Source: a virus | Virus record (IMG/VR): IMGVR_UViG_3300004463_000262 | Location: 8,440 to 72,439 of that record | Strand: one strand, 5' to 3' | Length of the DNA: 64,000 nucleotides | Shown here: in pieces, positions 63,394-64,000 of the stretch | Position numbering within the stretch: position 1 is the stretch's first letter | How the letters are laid out: each line of letters starts with the position of its first letter | Notes under the pieces: model-generated | What the model was told of the DNA's origin: nothing | Seen by the model: only the letters and a program-made list of their open reading frames with translations | Database searches by the model: none | Translations under genes and position numbers: made by a program

Positions 63394-63966
63394 ATGGCAT
63401 GGACTTTAACCGCACAGCTAACAACCGGCACCTACACTGTTCTTAGCACGGATCAGATTTGGTGGACGGCCGGTACCGATAACACGTCGGCTAACTACGT
63501 TGTTGTGGGTAACTACCAGGATGGTACGCACATTTACGCATCCAATGGTACAACTCATCAGTGCAACACGAACCACGTTCACAATACGAAGTATCTTTCT
63601 TCGACTACATATAGTCTTGATGGTGCTGGCTCTGCTAACCTTTCTACCCTAACGACCGCTAACACGGGTCTAAAATTCGTCTTTGATACCTCTGATCTTG
63701 GTGGCGCTTCTGTTACAACTTCTGGTGCGAAGTTTTATGCTTACGATGGTACGACTGATGCAACTGCAATGGCGGGAATCACTTTCCAGGCCGCAGTTGG
63801 TGGTACCTCTTCGTCTTGGGTAGCAGCTAATGGATCTGGAGCAGCATTGACTTTTGCTGATCAGACCACGGCTACATCGCATACATTCTATGTAGCTACA
63901 AGCGCTTCTCCGACATCTACAGGAGCTAAGACGGGCAAGGTTAAGTTCCTTCTAACTTACGTTTAA
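63394..63966 (+). CDS. virion structural protein
   Basis: Thr/Ala/Ser-rich, HTFYVA.SASP..TG.K C-terminus. Confidence 0.6.
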   Translation: MAWTLTAQLTTGTYTVLSTDQIWWTAGTDNTSANYVVVGNYQDGTHIYASNGTTHQCNTNHVHNTKYLSSTTYSLDGAGSANLSTLTTANTGLKFVFDTSDLGGASVTTSGAKFYAYDGTTDATAMAGITFQAAVGGTSSSWVAANGSGAALTFADQTTATSHTFYVATSASPTSTGAKTGKVKFLLTYV

Positions 63967-64000
63967 AGAGGAAAAATGGCAGCAATAGAACCAGGACAGT

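Noticed and set aside
426-63882. Minus-strand ORFs and ORFs overlapping tRNAs in the ORF track
   Set aside because: They are shadows of + strand genes or tRNAs with no recognisable motifs.

Overview
This is part of a large tailed dsDNA phage genome, with essentially all genes on the + strand. The host is probably actinobacterial or another Gram-positive (inference from an Rpf-like gene, leaderless promoters and the tmRNA tag). Region 0.2-19 kb is a translation/RNA island. It holds about 43 tRNAs covering all 20 amino acids, a tmRNA, translation initiation factor IF-1, a divergent ribosomal protein S12, a sigma-like factor, RtcB and several HNH genes whose stop codons lie inside tRNAs. It also holds many structured non-coding spacers, including a near-copy of the 23S rRNA L11/GTPase-associated centre, a circularly permuted (YrlA-topology) tRNA mimic and an anticodon-less mini-tRNA. 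Region 19-37 kb covers nucleotide metabolism and replication (NrdJ, DnaC, DnaB, primase, SSB, RNase H, DnaE, RecA, Cas4-like, RuvC). Region 37.5-46 kb has the terminase and portal. Region 46-57 kb has accessory metabolism (metallophosphoesterase, dATP/dGTP diphosphohydrolase, nucleotidyltransferase, IMPDH/GMPR, ThyX, Tdk, a permuted papain-like protease). Region 57.5-64 kb has virion/tail proteins. About ten small paralogues with a ribosome-modulation-factor-like GY..G/W..GW.DA.GD motif are scattered across the window. All calls come from reading the sequence by eye; no searches were run.
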